Shown here in pieces: positions 24,808 to 37,976 of a stretch of DNA of 64,000 nucleotides. The first letter of the stretch is position 1, and each line of letters starts with the position of its first letter. Where the stretch lies: NCBI GenBank assembly GCA_043228905.1, contig JBHGNT010000022.1, positions 6,882,001 through 6,946,000 on the forward strand, read 5' to 3'. Both the position numbers and the translations under genes were made by a program. Origin of the DNA: Azolla caroliniana (Eukaryota; Plantae; Polypodiophyta). The notes beneath the pieces were generated by a model. The model made no database searches, was not told where the DNA came from, and saw only the letters and a list, made by a program, of their open reading frames with translations.

Positions 24808-27800
24808 AGTGTGTTTTTATTTTTATTTTGTTCCAAAAATACTCCTTCCATTAGTTATAAAATTTTATAGATTAGAATGTTAAATACAAATCCCAACAGG
24901 GACACGATAGTTCCATTTTATATGGAGACCCATTGACTCAAGAAAGGGAGAGGACGACCATTGTTGGATGTCTTTTGACTTCATCATATCCGCTCGTAAG
25001 GCCATCGTGTTGGCTCTTTAGAGTGGCTACAAATTCACTCCATATCTTTTGAAATAACACTACTTGATGCACGGTTTGAATAGAAAAGACCCATCTACAC
25101 CATTGTTTCTAGATAATCCAAAGAGCGATTGGGCTGACCAATTCCAACACAACTTGAGCTTTGGCATTAATAGGAGTTGAGTGGATATTGTGTTGATTTT
25201 ATTCATTTAAACAAAGCACAAATCAAATGAATGCTAAATTATGTCAATTACAAAAAATGAGGGTGTTCTTGAACTAGATGAGTGATGGTAAGCTTATCTT
25301 CCATCAATGGGTGATTATTGTACAATAGTCTAACAAGAGTGGGTGTATAATAAAAATAAACAAACAAACTTTCTCTAAATATTGTAATACTACAATAAAT
25401 CATGATGGGTTGAATGGCAATGGTTCAAAACTAAAATCATAGCTATCCATGATCATTTGTATCTTTCTTTATAAAAAAGCATAATGTTTATGATACCCAT
25501 GAAATACCACAATTCTTAGCAAAAAAGGAAATATAACTTAAAGGAATACATTACATAATGATATTCACCTTTTTCCTTAGGAAAAGAAAGCATTGCTTGT
25601 TTCTACATTCATGTTAATGCGTTGATGTATGGCAATTAATTAATGCACATACTAGAGCAATTTTATGACATGGCATACATATAACATTTCATATTTGTAT
25701 TATGCATGTGGGTAAATATATGGATGCTGATTTTGTTTGGGATCTTGGAAGGTAGTTCCATATTTGTTAATACATGACCCCCCAAAGCAATTTGTGCATT
25801 GATATTGTAGGGTTGACAGTTTTACTCCAATTGTTACGGGCATGAAAAGTAATCCTCCCCTTCTTTACACTCTTGTTTAACCCTCACACTTATCTACGTG
25901 TATAGAATACTACAATAAATTCTCACCACGGGATATTATATGGTCATGCCAGTAACACCAATCAAAGAACTAACATATGTCATAAACCATAATCTTGTTG
26001 AGAGTCCTAAAATACTAAAAGAAAAGTAAGTTATGCGTTCATACATAAATAGAATAAGTTGTGGGTCACTTCTCTTCACCTCACAAATTTAGTCTACCCA
26101 ACATTTGTGTTCATAAGCATATATAGTCTACTTGTACACCTCATGGATGGAGCGTGGAGAGTAGTAATGAGGGTCAATTATACTTCTCTTTTCATATAAT
26201 TGGAAAATTGTGGATATCCAAACGATATCTATGCATTTACAATCAACCGGTAGTAATCTTTTTTTTTATGTGCATCTCACCATCTTCTTCTAGTCTGGTA
26301 GTTGAAAATGGGGTTTTTGTATGCAGTACATATGTGTGCATGTATACATATATCTTTGTTTGACAAATTTGTTGTGTATGTATGCATGCCAATATTATGT
26401 ATGTAGGGCAATTTTTTATTGTATGCATATATCAATACATATGACAAATTTTAAATACCTTTAGTAAGTGTGAAAATTTTGTATGCATTGTTGTGTGTGG
26501 CAATCTAGTGGTTCCACTATCTTTGTATCCCACCTATCATCGTGGGGCTTAAAAATATTGTTACAATAAAGCCATGGTTTGGCGGATGACTATAGTTAAT
26601 GCTAGATAAATAGGCTACATCTCGAGAAATTGCTTTTTTGACATAGTTTTTAGTGTAGGGTTTGTATGTTGGCATAGACATAATTGAGTCATAAGAAGAC
26701 AAATTAGTAAATATGTACAATACGTATAGATACACACAAGTTACAACTGCTATTATGTTAAAACATGTCTTTCCATTCAAACTTGACTAGTTCAGAGTAA
26801 TGTGTGTTTTTCGGGAAATGGTTGGTTAATGTAACAACAACTCAAATCAGTCTTGATTGACAAATGTATGCTCAGTTCCTTGCGTGACAAATTCTCACAT
26901 TCAAATCAGAATACAAATGGCCAAGTGTTTTTGGGGGTTTGGAAAGTCAAAGTCATTTCAAGTATTCAATTTTTATTTTGTATTTAAATACACAGTCAAG
27001 AGAGGATAATGTTATTTAGCTTTCATATCTTTGTAGTTCCCGCATCGATGTACATGGTGTGTGTGTATACTTATGTATATGTATATATCTTGACAAATCT
27101 TATATTCATAAGCATCCCCTTTTTTTCGTCTCAATTCACATACATATGACTCAAGCTAGCACAAAAGATTTTTTTTGGCCCGCGGCCCGCGGGAATAAGG
27201 ATGTAAAAAATAGGATTATTGAAAACTATCCAAGGATTAAGGGGGTTGAGATTTTATGCCTAAAATAAAGATTTTTAAGCTTACTTCAATGAAGAAGTTT
27301 TTAAATTTGCTTCTTTAAAACAAGATCTACAATAAAATATTTGATACTTACATCGTGCAAAATACCTTGCTTGAGTAGTACTCACCATATCAAATATACT
27401 TGATCAATTGGTTGATGAACTCTTTCGGTCTCATGTCAACTATTTGTCTCTCCTCCATATGCATTGCATAGATTATGATATATAGACTTCAATACCGAGG
27501 AATTAGATAGTTTATAGTTTCCTTACGTGGTAAACCACAAGGTGCATTTTGTGTGAGGTCATGAACTTAAAACTTAACACAAACCATTAGCCCATATGTT
27601 ATGAAATGTATACTAGTTAGTATGTGCATCACATGTTTGCATGAGGCCTCAAGGTTTTACGTTATCCAAGGGCTTCTCAAATCGTGGCTCGGACAAATCC
27701 AATTTTCACAATCCAAGGGTTGATAGACTTGTGTGAGTGGTGCAATACCGCAAGTATAATATTGTGAACTATCCAAAAGAACGGCCTCCTTACAGAGCCC

Positions 27801-28089
27801 ACACCCAACATAACAAGGAATATTGACCATTCATTTTTCAAACATATAGGGCCATGTCATGATTCATCAATTGATGGTCGAGGGAAGAAAATCTAGCATT
27901 TGAAACATGGTGGGTAGCGAAACAGAATGATTAGGGGGTGGGGGAGCATAGAAGCAAGCAAGCTATGACTTGGATGACAAGAGAGACGTTGATAGCGAGA
28001 AGTGATAATAATAGGCTACCAACAATTGGGCTCGGCTCTTCGAAAAAACGGTGTCGAGGTTCCTCCGATGCATGGCCAACTTCATGATC

Positions 28090-28993
28090 CACACACACAC
28101 ACACACATGAAAAAAGTCATCGAGTAGTGAGTAGTGAAGGGTGTATATAGTATAGTGGTCAATAGCAAAAGTAGAAGCATAAACTCGAGAAGAACAGGAT
28201 TATTCGGGCATGTTATTGTTTGTGGCAAAACTCTCAAGGTACATACTCGGCTTGCTAGGTAGGAATAATAACATAAACATACATTATACATACATACATT
28301 CGTTCGTACATACATACATACATACATACATTCGTTTGTTCGTACATACATACATACATACATATTATTATACAAATATACATACAGCAAAGGCAGCCTA
28401 TGCATTTTTTTACCAAACTCTGCATCTTCCTTTCTTCTTCTTTCTTCTTCACGCATACACGCACGCACTCACACACACACACACACACACAAAAGAAAGA
28501 GGCCAGAGACGAGTCTCGTCAAACATTCATTCATAATTTTTATATTTATTTAGACAGCAGTAGACTAATGCAGTCTCTAATATCTATCTCTATCTCTATC
28601 TCTCTGTCAGTGTCACTCCCTGCAAGAGTTAGTGAGAGTGTGTTTTATGTATGTACCATAGTACATACAATACAAATTACAATACAAATTACAATACAAT
28701 ACAATACAAACCTGTCCATCCATGGCTCAGTCCCTTTCTTTAGTTTGGACGACTCCATGGCTTTCTTCTCTGTACATAATTATTAAGTAAGTATGTAACG
28801 AAGCCATTCCAGAATCCCACTATGTACATACCTATCATGTATGTATGTATATTCTTATCAAACAAAGCTCTCTATCAAGCATTTATGTATGTTGATGACA
28901 CACCCTCAACATACATACACCATACACATACATACATACATACATACATACATACATACATACATACAAAAACACAGACAGTGTCCAGAGTCC

Positions 28994-29027
<34 letters not shown>

Positions 29028-29415
29028 AGGCAGACAGTGTAGTGTATGTGAGTGTTCTCTGCTTTTTAACAGTTTAGCTCTCTCTCTCTCTATGCTATCC
29101 TCTCCTCACCTCTGTTCCCTTATTTCCATCTGTCACATAAACAATTTAAATCTTTATTTATGCCACTCTTTGCAAAGCTAATGCTAATCTGGTGACTTTC
29201 CCCCAGAGACAGAGGTGTACCCCCCCCTCCTCTCTTCTAGTTCCATTTTGTTTCATTTCATTTCATTTGTCTGGCTTAGAGTCTCCATATGTGTTCCCCT
29301 GCTTTTGATAGTCATTCATTTTATCCATTATAAGACTGAGATCCTTAAGGCTACTGGAATTATGCATTATGAATTATGAATTATGAATTATGATACATAC
29401 ATCTATCTATCTATG
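28090..29415. repeat. Microsatellite-dense upstream region: (CA)n, (TACA)n, (GA)n, (TC)n, (TATC)n, (GAATTAT)n
   Basis: Direct inspection; lies just 5' of the NAL1-like CDS. Confidence 0.9.
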
Positions 29416-29746
29416 TAAGTTTGGCTGGATAAAGAAGGATAATATCAGTATGAAGAAACCTTCTGTTTCTTTCTTCCGTTGTAGGAAGGATTCTTCTTCT
29501 ATTCACATAGCAAAAAGGGGAAGCTAACAATTTGATGTTTCTGCAGCCAATCGCTTACTACCTTTCCACCATAGCCCTTTCTCATATGCTACTTCTTGAT
29601 TTTTGCACATAGACTGTAAGATCTAGTGTGTGGTTTCAAAAGGGTGCCTATACATCCAATCCATTCATGTCACAGAGGTCTTGAAAGACATAATTTTTTT
29701 ATCCTTTCTAGATAATATTTTGTTTCCTCGTATGTATTCATAGGAC

Positions 29747-30944
29747 ATGGATATCACTAGCCTTGCGCTTAGAAGTGGAAGCAAGAAACAAGACCATTCT
29801 TGTGTATCCCAATTGGAAGGATCATCTTGCCCTAGTAGGCCTAAAGAGGGAAACTTGTCTAAATCCAGCTCTAGCTATGGCTCTACTAGCTCAATGGAAC
29901 CAATAGCATCGGGAGCCAATCATCACACTTCGGAGAATAGTGCAGCGTATTTTCATTGGCCGCCGTCATCCCGTTTACATGGAACAGCGGAAGAGAGGGC
30001 AGCCTATTTTGGTGGCTTGCAAAAGGATCTTCATGTACATGATAATGAGCATATACTTGAACCCCCAACAGATGCACAAATCTCGCCCAATGGCCAACAA
30101 GCTAGCACCTTGCTTGACCTCATGACTATCCGAGCATTTCATAGCAAACTTTTGCGACAATTTAGTCTTGGCACAGCCATTGGCTTTAGAACTAGAGAAG
30201 GAATTCTGACAGATATCCCGGCTATCATTGTATTCGTCGCTCGGAAAGTTCACAAAGAATGGCTTCATGAAGTCCAATGGCTTCCACCTGTTCTTGAGGT
30301 ATGCTGGGTTTTATAACACGCTCATTCCTTGTGTTGTGGATAGAAATTTGGATGTCAATGTTGTATAGCCATTGTTTCAGGAGCAAACAGAATGTTGTAA
30401 AGACATTTTTTAAGAAAGTAATGGATGTTATGTGCAAGCTCAACGTAAAAGTTATAAAGAGTTTTTATAATCACACAACATCAAATCCATCGCTAAGGTT
30501 CTGAATTGACAACCTGAATGTTGCAAAGCATAAGATTTTCTACTTCACCTTCTTCATATTTATAAATGTGGATTTTCGTGCCAAATTTTACTTGTGAGAT
30601 GATGTGAAAAAGTCTCTCTCTATATATATCGATATAGTATCTGGGTGAATCTGTATGCAAGAAATTGTCGGGGTGTCTAAAGCTTTGTTATAGGATGGAT
30701 GCATAAAGACAATGCTTCCGCATTGTGTTTGAACACTTGATGTTAACATCATTGATAACTGTGGTTTAAGCCCCCTTTCTTTTTTTTTTCTTTGCAGGGG
30801 CCTGGAGGAATTTGGTGCGATGTTGATGTCGTAGAGTTCTCTTATTATGGAACTCCTGCTGTTGCTCCGAAAGAACAGGTGTACACGGAGTTGGTCGAGG
30901 GGCTGCGAGGCAATGATTCATGTATAGGACCAGGTTCTCAGGTA

Positions 30945-30980
<36 letters not shown>

Positions 30981-33301
30981 TGGCTCCCCCATAATTACTT
31001 GGAAGATGTAAACTTGGAGAGTGCTGCTCTCTTAATTAATCTTCACAACATACACCAGGATATATTTCTTTTCTTTTTTTTATAGCTCTAGCATCATAAA
31101 CCACATTGATGACTACTTCACGAGACTGAGTTTTTCGGTTCCAGAGTGTCTAGAGGAGCCAGAGAACATTTGAACTTCATATAGCTTGCCTTCTTTTTCT
31201 TCTTCTTGTGTTTTGTGTTGTATGGATGATGACATATTATTACATGAAATCAATGTCATAGGTGGCAAGCCAAGAGACATATGGAACGCTCGGAGCTATC
31301 GTCCAAAGCAAGACGGGTCTGAGGCAAGTCGGGTTTTTGACAAACAGGCATGTTGCCGTAGATTTAGATTATCCAAGCCAGAAGATGTTCCATCCGTTAC
31401 CTCCCAACCTTGGTCCAGGTGTGTACCTAGGTGCTGTCGAAAGAGCAACGTCATTCATCACAGATGACTTGTGGTATGGCATCTTTGCAAGCATGAACCC
31501 AGGTAAGAAAGATGTTATTGGGAGGGAGATCCACCAAAATTCCCCTATGACTTGGCTGAATTCCCAAAAGATCCACCCCAGATAAGATTGACATTACCAG
31601 GGTTACCCCTATTTCTCTTTTCTCTATCTCAGTTTCACACTGAGGCTATGTTTTTCCAAACTACCGGCAGTATACTCCTGTACCTAAAATTTCCCTCTTT
31701 GCTTCTTTCAAGCTCTGCAAAAATGCTATCTCAATCATAGACAGCCTTGGGACAGAAATTTTGTGTGTGTGTATATATAGGGAGTATTTTGGCAATTGGA
31801 AACAATCGGAGAGAGAAAGGGCAATCTGGTAGTTTCCATCTTGTCAAGGGTATTTTGGGAATTCAGAAAACTTAAAGAAGTATCTTGTCCAATTTCCCAA
31901 AAGTTTTTCATGAATTGATTCTTGATAACTCAACTCATATTATGGCACGTTTGGCTGTTGGTCTGATTGATTGGAATCTCTATTGCAGAGACATTTGTAA
32001 GAGCCGATGGTGCATTCATACCATTTGGGGATGGCTTCGACATGTCGAGAGTGACGACGACAGTGAAAGGGGTGGGTGATATGGGGGATGTCATGGTTAT
32101 AGACCTTCAAGCTCCAGTAGGAAGCATTGTAGGAAGACAGGTTGTAAAGGTCGGTAGGAGCTCGGGTTTGACAATGGGAAGTATCATGGCATATGCCCTT
32201 GAATACAATGATGAAAAGGGTATCTGCTTCTTCACAGATTTCCTCATTGTTGGTGAGAATAAACAAGCGTTTGATCTAGAGGGCGATAGTGGAAGCCTAA
32301 TACTTATGACAGAGTCCGGAAAGAAACCGAGGCCGGTGGGGATTATATGGGGTGGGACAGCAAACCGAGGTCGTCTTAAGCTTCACAATGGATATGAACC
32401 GGAGAATTGGACAAGCGGAGTTGATCTTGGCCGTCTGTTAGACCTTCTTCAACTCTCTCTCATTACAAGCAGCAAGAGACTTACAGGTGCACATCGTGTA
32501 ACTTTTACAAAGGTGGTTACATTTTGTGTAATGGGATTGATTGATTGATAGATGGTACGTATCGGAATGTCTAAATGCATCAGCATATGTTGGTGTTTTC
32601 GCTAGTTAAATTATAGCCTTAATTTATGCATATCAAAGGGTACCAAAATAGAAGCCAATGCTCATATAAATTGTTACAATCTACAGTAAGCTGCACTTGC
32701 TTACTTACTAGGTACAGGAAATATATTGAATGGAAAACGAAAACATATTGAAGGTAGTTTGAGGTAGAGAGATCAATGACCAAACACTCCACAATTTGAT
32801 GTCACGTGCACATGGTTAGTTATTTTGTTATATTTGCTAACTGTTGAAGTGAGGGCTGAAAAAAGACTTAACATTTTTCTTTGGGAAGTAGTTTCAGCTG
32901 AGGAGCAGAGGCATCGGACGGCAGAGCTTACCGGTGGTTCGAGCCATGAACCACTAATTAGAGGTATTGAGGAGAAAGTAGAGACATTTTGTGATGAAAT
33001 TTGTGGTGACATTCACATGACACCTTCGGAACAACAACAGCAACCAGTCTTGGCTGTGGCTCCAGATCTTCCCATTATCACATTGATGGATTCTAGCGAG
33101 AACATACATGCATCCAACACTACTATGACAGCGACTAAGGAGTTAAAGCTTTTGGACTTTGGTTTCGCACCGAGAGATCATCAACATGCTCAGCTTGGAA
33201 GCAAAGACCCTGTTTCCAAAACTAACATCAATAACAGCAATTCTGAAGAGCTTTCTTTCGGGTTGCAATTGTTCAACAGGGATACTAAGAAAAGAAAACC
33301 A

Positions 33302-33304
<3 letters not shown>
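29747..33304 (+). CDS. NAL1: NARROW LEAF 1-like trypsin-fold serine protease; join(29747..30298,30798..30941,31262..31502,31989..32486,32898..33304), about 613 aa
   Basis: Family motifs LMTIRAFHSK..FSLGTAIGFR, GPGGIWCDVDVVEFSYYG, VASQETYGTLGAIV; triad TNRHVAV / RADGAF / EGDSGS; WTSGVDLGRLL. GT-AG introns with consistent phases (0,0,1,1); 1842 nt open frame. The last acceptor is the least certain boundary. Confidence 0.93.
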
Positions 33305-33339
<35 letters not shown>

Positions 33340-34550
33340 GAAAATGAAAGCTAGAAAAAATTGGTATTTAGAGATTGCCTCTTATCATTCAATGCCTTTA
33401 ATGTTATAGTAATTGCAGAAGACTATGTATGTAGTTAACGCCATCAGACTTAAAAACAAAAGTTAGATATTGAACCATGTTATCATTGTGTTTACGATTA
33501 TTGTAAATCGTTCTTGTTTTCGACAGTTTTAAAAATGTAGCCTCTTACTTAGCTTAGGTTACTGTTGTGGTTTATATGGGCAGAATCTGGAGATAAGTGG
33601 CCATGTATGGGGCATAATGGTCCATCCTTGGTCTTGCATGCATTTCCAATCAATGTATGCTCACGTGTAGTAGTCATACATGGACATAAATTTTTGTGGT
33701 AATGATTGTGTATCCAATCTTGTAACTCATGACATAACGGTCTTCCCATTTTCTAATGTACCATTTCCGTGTTTTTTGATTCTCATGGACAGACTATGTA
33801 CAGATCTTAATATCATTTTGTATCCTATAGTAAAATGCATTTTCTGGGAAAGGGAAGTGAAGTTAGCGAATGGACATCGATGAATGGCTATTCACATGGG
33901 ATAATGGGCTACTATTTTTCAAAAATGCCCGCTTGGGAAAGTCTTTCAGGAATAACATGATATTTTTTGGTATGGCATTCATTAAAAGGTAAGCTCTTGG
34001 TAATGTCATATACCTTAGGTGATAACCAGGGAGAACCTTAATGACCGTTCACTTCCTAATGGAGAAACTATGGATAGTTAAAGATAATTGGCATCATTTC
34101 CTGAAAATTACAAGAATTGTGACTGTTGTATAGCCACCAAGTCTTGAAGATCATGAAGTTGTAAGGGTCTGAATTGGTATGGTTGTGAATTCTCGGAAAG
34201 AGGTTGCATGCATTGTATTGATACAAATTAAAGTGAAGGTCAAAATGCATTCTTGGGTTATATTATCATTTTTTTGTCACTTCTCTCATCTCGATGAGGC
34301 AACATGGGAGGACAAGAGAAATAAAGATATTGTGAGATATGGTGCAAGTGGAGAATGGACATTTTGACTAAGAGAGAAAAGTGTCTAGGCATTGAACTGA
34401 ATTGCAATGCATATAAAGGAAATTGAATTGCAATGCATTTGATAAGTCTCCCTATTTGTATCTTGATGCCTCATCTCACATCGAAAGGATGTAAGGAGTC
34501 AGAATAGGCTTGGGGCCTTGAAACAACCCACGAGCAAGAATCAAGATGGT

Positions 34551-34552
<2 letters not shown>

Positions 34553-34606
<54 letters not shown>
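34553..34606. repeat. (AG)n microsatellite
   Basis: Direct inspection. Confidence 0.95.
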
Positions 34607-34611
<5 letters not shown>

Positions 34612-34859
34612 CAAATATTAAATCTCATACATTATCTTTACTATTATGGTGGTTATAGGTATCTTAGGAACCTTTTCATAGTTCAATGTTTTCATTTTCT
34701 CTTTCTATTTATTTATTTACATTGATTTAATTAGTGTACTTCACAAATCCCTATAAATGAGTTAATTTGCTAGTCATTGTGATCCTAGATTTTCACCATG
34801 GGCAAATTTGTTGGCAGGTAGAGCCGTTGCTCGGAAATCAACGCATAGATAGATGTCTA

Positions 34860-34963
34860 GTATAGTTCTTGTTTGATTTGGGAACTTCACATAGTTTCAT
34901 GAATGATGGTTTGGTTCTTATATTGGGATTTCAACCCATTGTAAGTGATCACACCTATAACAT
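34860..34963 (+). pseudogene. Relic retroviral-type aspartic protease, split by element C (continues at ~63010-63035)
   Basis: VLFDLGTSHSFM resembles LFDSGASHSF; removing C and one 4-bp TSD restores the frame ...HTYNV*LVDGRV. Confidence 0.6.
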
Positions 34964-35619
34964 TGTCGTGGAGAAAACCGTCCCTAGGCAGAACCGGAGA
35001 ATAATGTGCGCGAATCGGCCCTTACACGCGGGCACAAGTTTTGTTGTAATATATATATTTAGGTACAAGTCGGCAGATGGGAATATCCTAGGTAGCACGC
35101 ATTTGTTAGGTAGAAAATCGAGGTGTATCTCTGTCCGAAAGGACAAAGAATAAAGATGATGTAACGGGTTGTGATGGCCTCCCTCCTTGGGCTATAAAAG
35201 AGAGGGAGAGGAATCGTAATGGGGATCGCTTTTGTCGAGGACAAAGTGCTGTTGGATTGGGACCGAACTCTTCTCCTCCGTCTTTCTCTGTATTTTCTCT
35301 GTGCAGGTTTTCGGGAGGTTGACTTTGCCCCGCGGAATGCCGGAGTGCTTCCGGCCGAGTCTCAATCCCGCGTTTGTGTGCGTGTAGGCTTCAAAGCTTG
35401 TCGCTCACCGGCCTGCCGGTTGTAACCCCTTTTATCTGATATATATATATATACACATACACACATTCATCTTGCTTCAATTAGTTGCGTTTCTGTGTAT
35501 TTGTGCATGTGCGAAGCACGACCATTGTCTTTCTTGCTCCCCTCCTGCTCTCTTGTTCCTCAGACCAAGACCCTCGCGGTCCCGCCTCGTTCTACATGCA
35601 TGTGCATAATAACATGACA
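34964..35619 (+). repeat. 5' LTR of C
   Basis: Direct repeat of 62352-63005; TATAAAAG near 35193. Confidence 0.92.
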
Positions 35620-35623
35620 TATT

Positions 35624-35641
35624 TGGTGAACCCGACGTGAA
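35624..35641 (+). promoter_or_regulatory. Primer binding site, tRNA-Trp
   Basis: TGGTGAACCCGACGTGAA is complementary to the 3' end of plant cytosolic tRNA-Trp (sequence recalled, not searched). Confidence 0.85.
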
Positions 35642-35750
35642 AAGGCGGCAGAGGAATAGAAAGATGAGGGGATCGGAGCTTGTAGAAGCCATGGTTTCAG
35701 CTATGGATCGGATAGTGAGTGCGCGCGAAGGCACAGGCGCCCTCGATAGG

Positions 35751-36208
35751 TGTTACCCGTTCCTTTGGGTGAACACCTTCGATAGATCTGCGGCTATCGG
35801 TATTCAAGGGCGTGGTACGTGAAGGCTCGTAACAGAGGCGTCGAGAGAGAGACAGTGCTCAGAGAGAAAACACTAGCGAGGTCTTGACAGGCGTGGGCGG
35901 CGCTGAAATCATAGGTATGAATCAAAGCACAGACACATGGAACAAACTGGGCACAATTCAGATATATTACCGCGACAGAAAAAGATTACAGAACACGGCC
36001 TACAGCCGGTGACCTTACAAGATTATCTAGTTACAAGGGACTCAGCTAGTGCTTCCGCTTATATTTTTCTTTTCTCCTTCCTCTGAGGTACTGGTCCTCA
36101 TTTAAATAACTTTTCCCCTAATACACAGCCCAGCCGTCGGTGGCCCATGATACTCGAACTCAGCGTTTGCTAATTTCCTAATTTTACAGTTTTGTCCTCT
36201 GGACAACA
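35751..36208 (-). repeat. 3' LTR of D
   Basis: Direct repeat of 55873-56330; TGTTA..CAACA. Confidence 0.93.
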
Positions 36209-36210
36209 CC

Positions 36211-36250
36211 TGGCACGCCCGTGGGACAGGACCTTGTCCGTCGGACCCAC
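36211..36250 (-). other. tRNA-3'-half-like motif ending in CCA at the PPT position of D
   Basis: Element sense GTGGGTCCGA-cggacaaggtcct-GTCCCACGGGCGTGCCA, then GG, then the LTR. Confidence 0.85.
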
Positions 36251-36289
36251 GACTTACAAAAATACTAACAATATTACAAAAATTGCCTT

Positions 36290-37483
36290 TTAGGCGTGAT
36301 CCTCGTTTGATTCCTCTTTTAAGATGTCGAGGATGTTTTCGGGGTCCGGGGTGGTGGCAGGGTGGTCTGGTTGGACTGTCGGTGCGGGGGGTTGAGTTTG
36401 GTCCGGGGGTGTCATATCTTCTCGGGCGTCCGCCTCAGGTGCGGCTGATTCTTCTGGTGGGGGTGTGGGTTCGAGGGCGTTGATCTCTACTCCGACTGGA
36501 TCTGGTACCGTGTGGGCGTCCATGGGATGTCTGTTGGCAGGGGCAAGTTCCTCTTGTGCCGTGTCCGTGATCTCCTTGCTGGAAGGTTCTTCCTTCTGCT
36601 CGTGGCCGTTGGAGGGTTGGTTGGGATGGCTGCGAGTCGTTCTCGTTCGAAGGCTTCTGCTTCCAGGCGAAACAACATCTGACCGTCATTGAAGTCCTCC
36701 ATTATTTGCTCGATTGCCGCGGCGTGAGATTTTGCCAAGGACTGGTAATCCTCGGTTAAATCTGCACGCAGGTTTTGTATGCTGGCTTCGTCCATTTTGT
36801 AGAAGCCACGGCCCTCCTTCCGTCGGTTCTCGACGTCGGCGCGTAAAATATGCAATTCGGCAGCTTGGGCTGCCCATTCGTCTCCTGCGCGACTTAATGT
36901 TTCCTTGACCTTTTTGGTAAGGTGCTGGCGCTGTTTCTCGATCAGTATTCTGATGCGTGTCTCATCCATGCCGGGCTGTGCTCGGATGGCTGCTAATTCC
37001 TGTTTTAAGCCGTCGACCTCGGCCTGAAGCTTCTTTGCTCATAGTTCATAGATGGCTTGACTGTTCTTTGCTTCTGCGGTTACGAGCTGGATAGCCTGCT
37101 CGTAACGCTTGGTGAGTTCTTCGGTGGCTTGCTCCCGTTCTTTTTGACACGCGGCCCAGACTTGTTCCCGTTCGACGATTCTCTCTTCTTGTAGGGCGAA
37201 GTAGGAATCCGATAATTCGTCTTTTTGCTCCGAAAGTAGCTTGCATTTGATGAAAAACTCGTCAGCCATTTCTTTAAGGGTCGTACGCTGACTCTGCAGC
37301 TCGGCATTCTCCGCGATGATTCTCTCCTCCCATTGGCGATTTCTTTCCTCCTGCCGATGGTTCCAGTCTTTCGCATTGTCGAGTGCGGCCTGTAGGTCTA
37401 GGACTTCCTTCTCTTTCTTTGCCATTATGGCTGTGTATTCCTCCAGCTTGCTTTTGAGTTCGGCTTCTTTGCCTGTGGTTTGC
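36290..37483 (-). pseudogene. C-terminal coiled-coil half of ORF3 of D
   Basis: ORFs 37039-37425, 36487-36969 (LRADVENRRKEG) and 36290-36523 (ILDILKEE). Confidence 0.8.
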
Positions 37484-37488
37484 GCTTG

Positions 37489-37923
37489 TGTTACCGGCCG
37501 ACAAAGGAGTCCAGAGTGTGAAACGGGGAGTTCTTTAAGTAGTAGGAATGTTGTTGTAATTAAGCTGTGAGTGAGGACGGACGGTCCGGAATCGGTATGC
37601 CGTTCCGGATCCGGACCGATCCCGAACAGGTGCGGATGGCACCGTTTTGTAATACAGACCGGAAACCTATTTAAAGGCCCGGATACAATGTAATGAATAG
37701 CGGTTAATTAATAAAGCTTAGTGTTGTTATCTCTCTGTGTTAATTGCCGTTCTGCCTTCATTGTTATATCTTACGTGTGTGATTATTGAAGACGATCAGG
37801 CTAAGTAACCTAATTAAGTCAGATTAAGCGTTGAGTCTAATCCTGTTGCCGTAACACCCCTTTGGTGAAGTGTCTTCCGTAGACACCCTGTGTTAGGCCA
37901 TTGTCCGGCCCTAAGAGTTAACA
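37489..37923 (+). repeat. 5' LTR of E
   Basis: Direct repeat of 47815-48246; TATTTAAA near 37668 and AATAAA near 37710 in the gag-pol sense. Confidence 0.93.
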
Positions 37924-37976
37924 CAATTTTTGGTGACCACGATTCCTGTTTTTGCAGCGAACGACGGCACGAATGG

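Noticed and set aside
24813-28080. Hidden gene or element in the AT-rich intergenic DNA
   Set aside because: No supportable ORF, terminal repeats or TSD found by eye.
28082-29181. ORFs of 77-128 aa
   Set aside because: Translations of microsatellites.
33900-34367. Chromodomain-like relic (QIKVK...LDEATWED)
   Set aside because: Too degenerate; only a short motif supports it.
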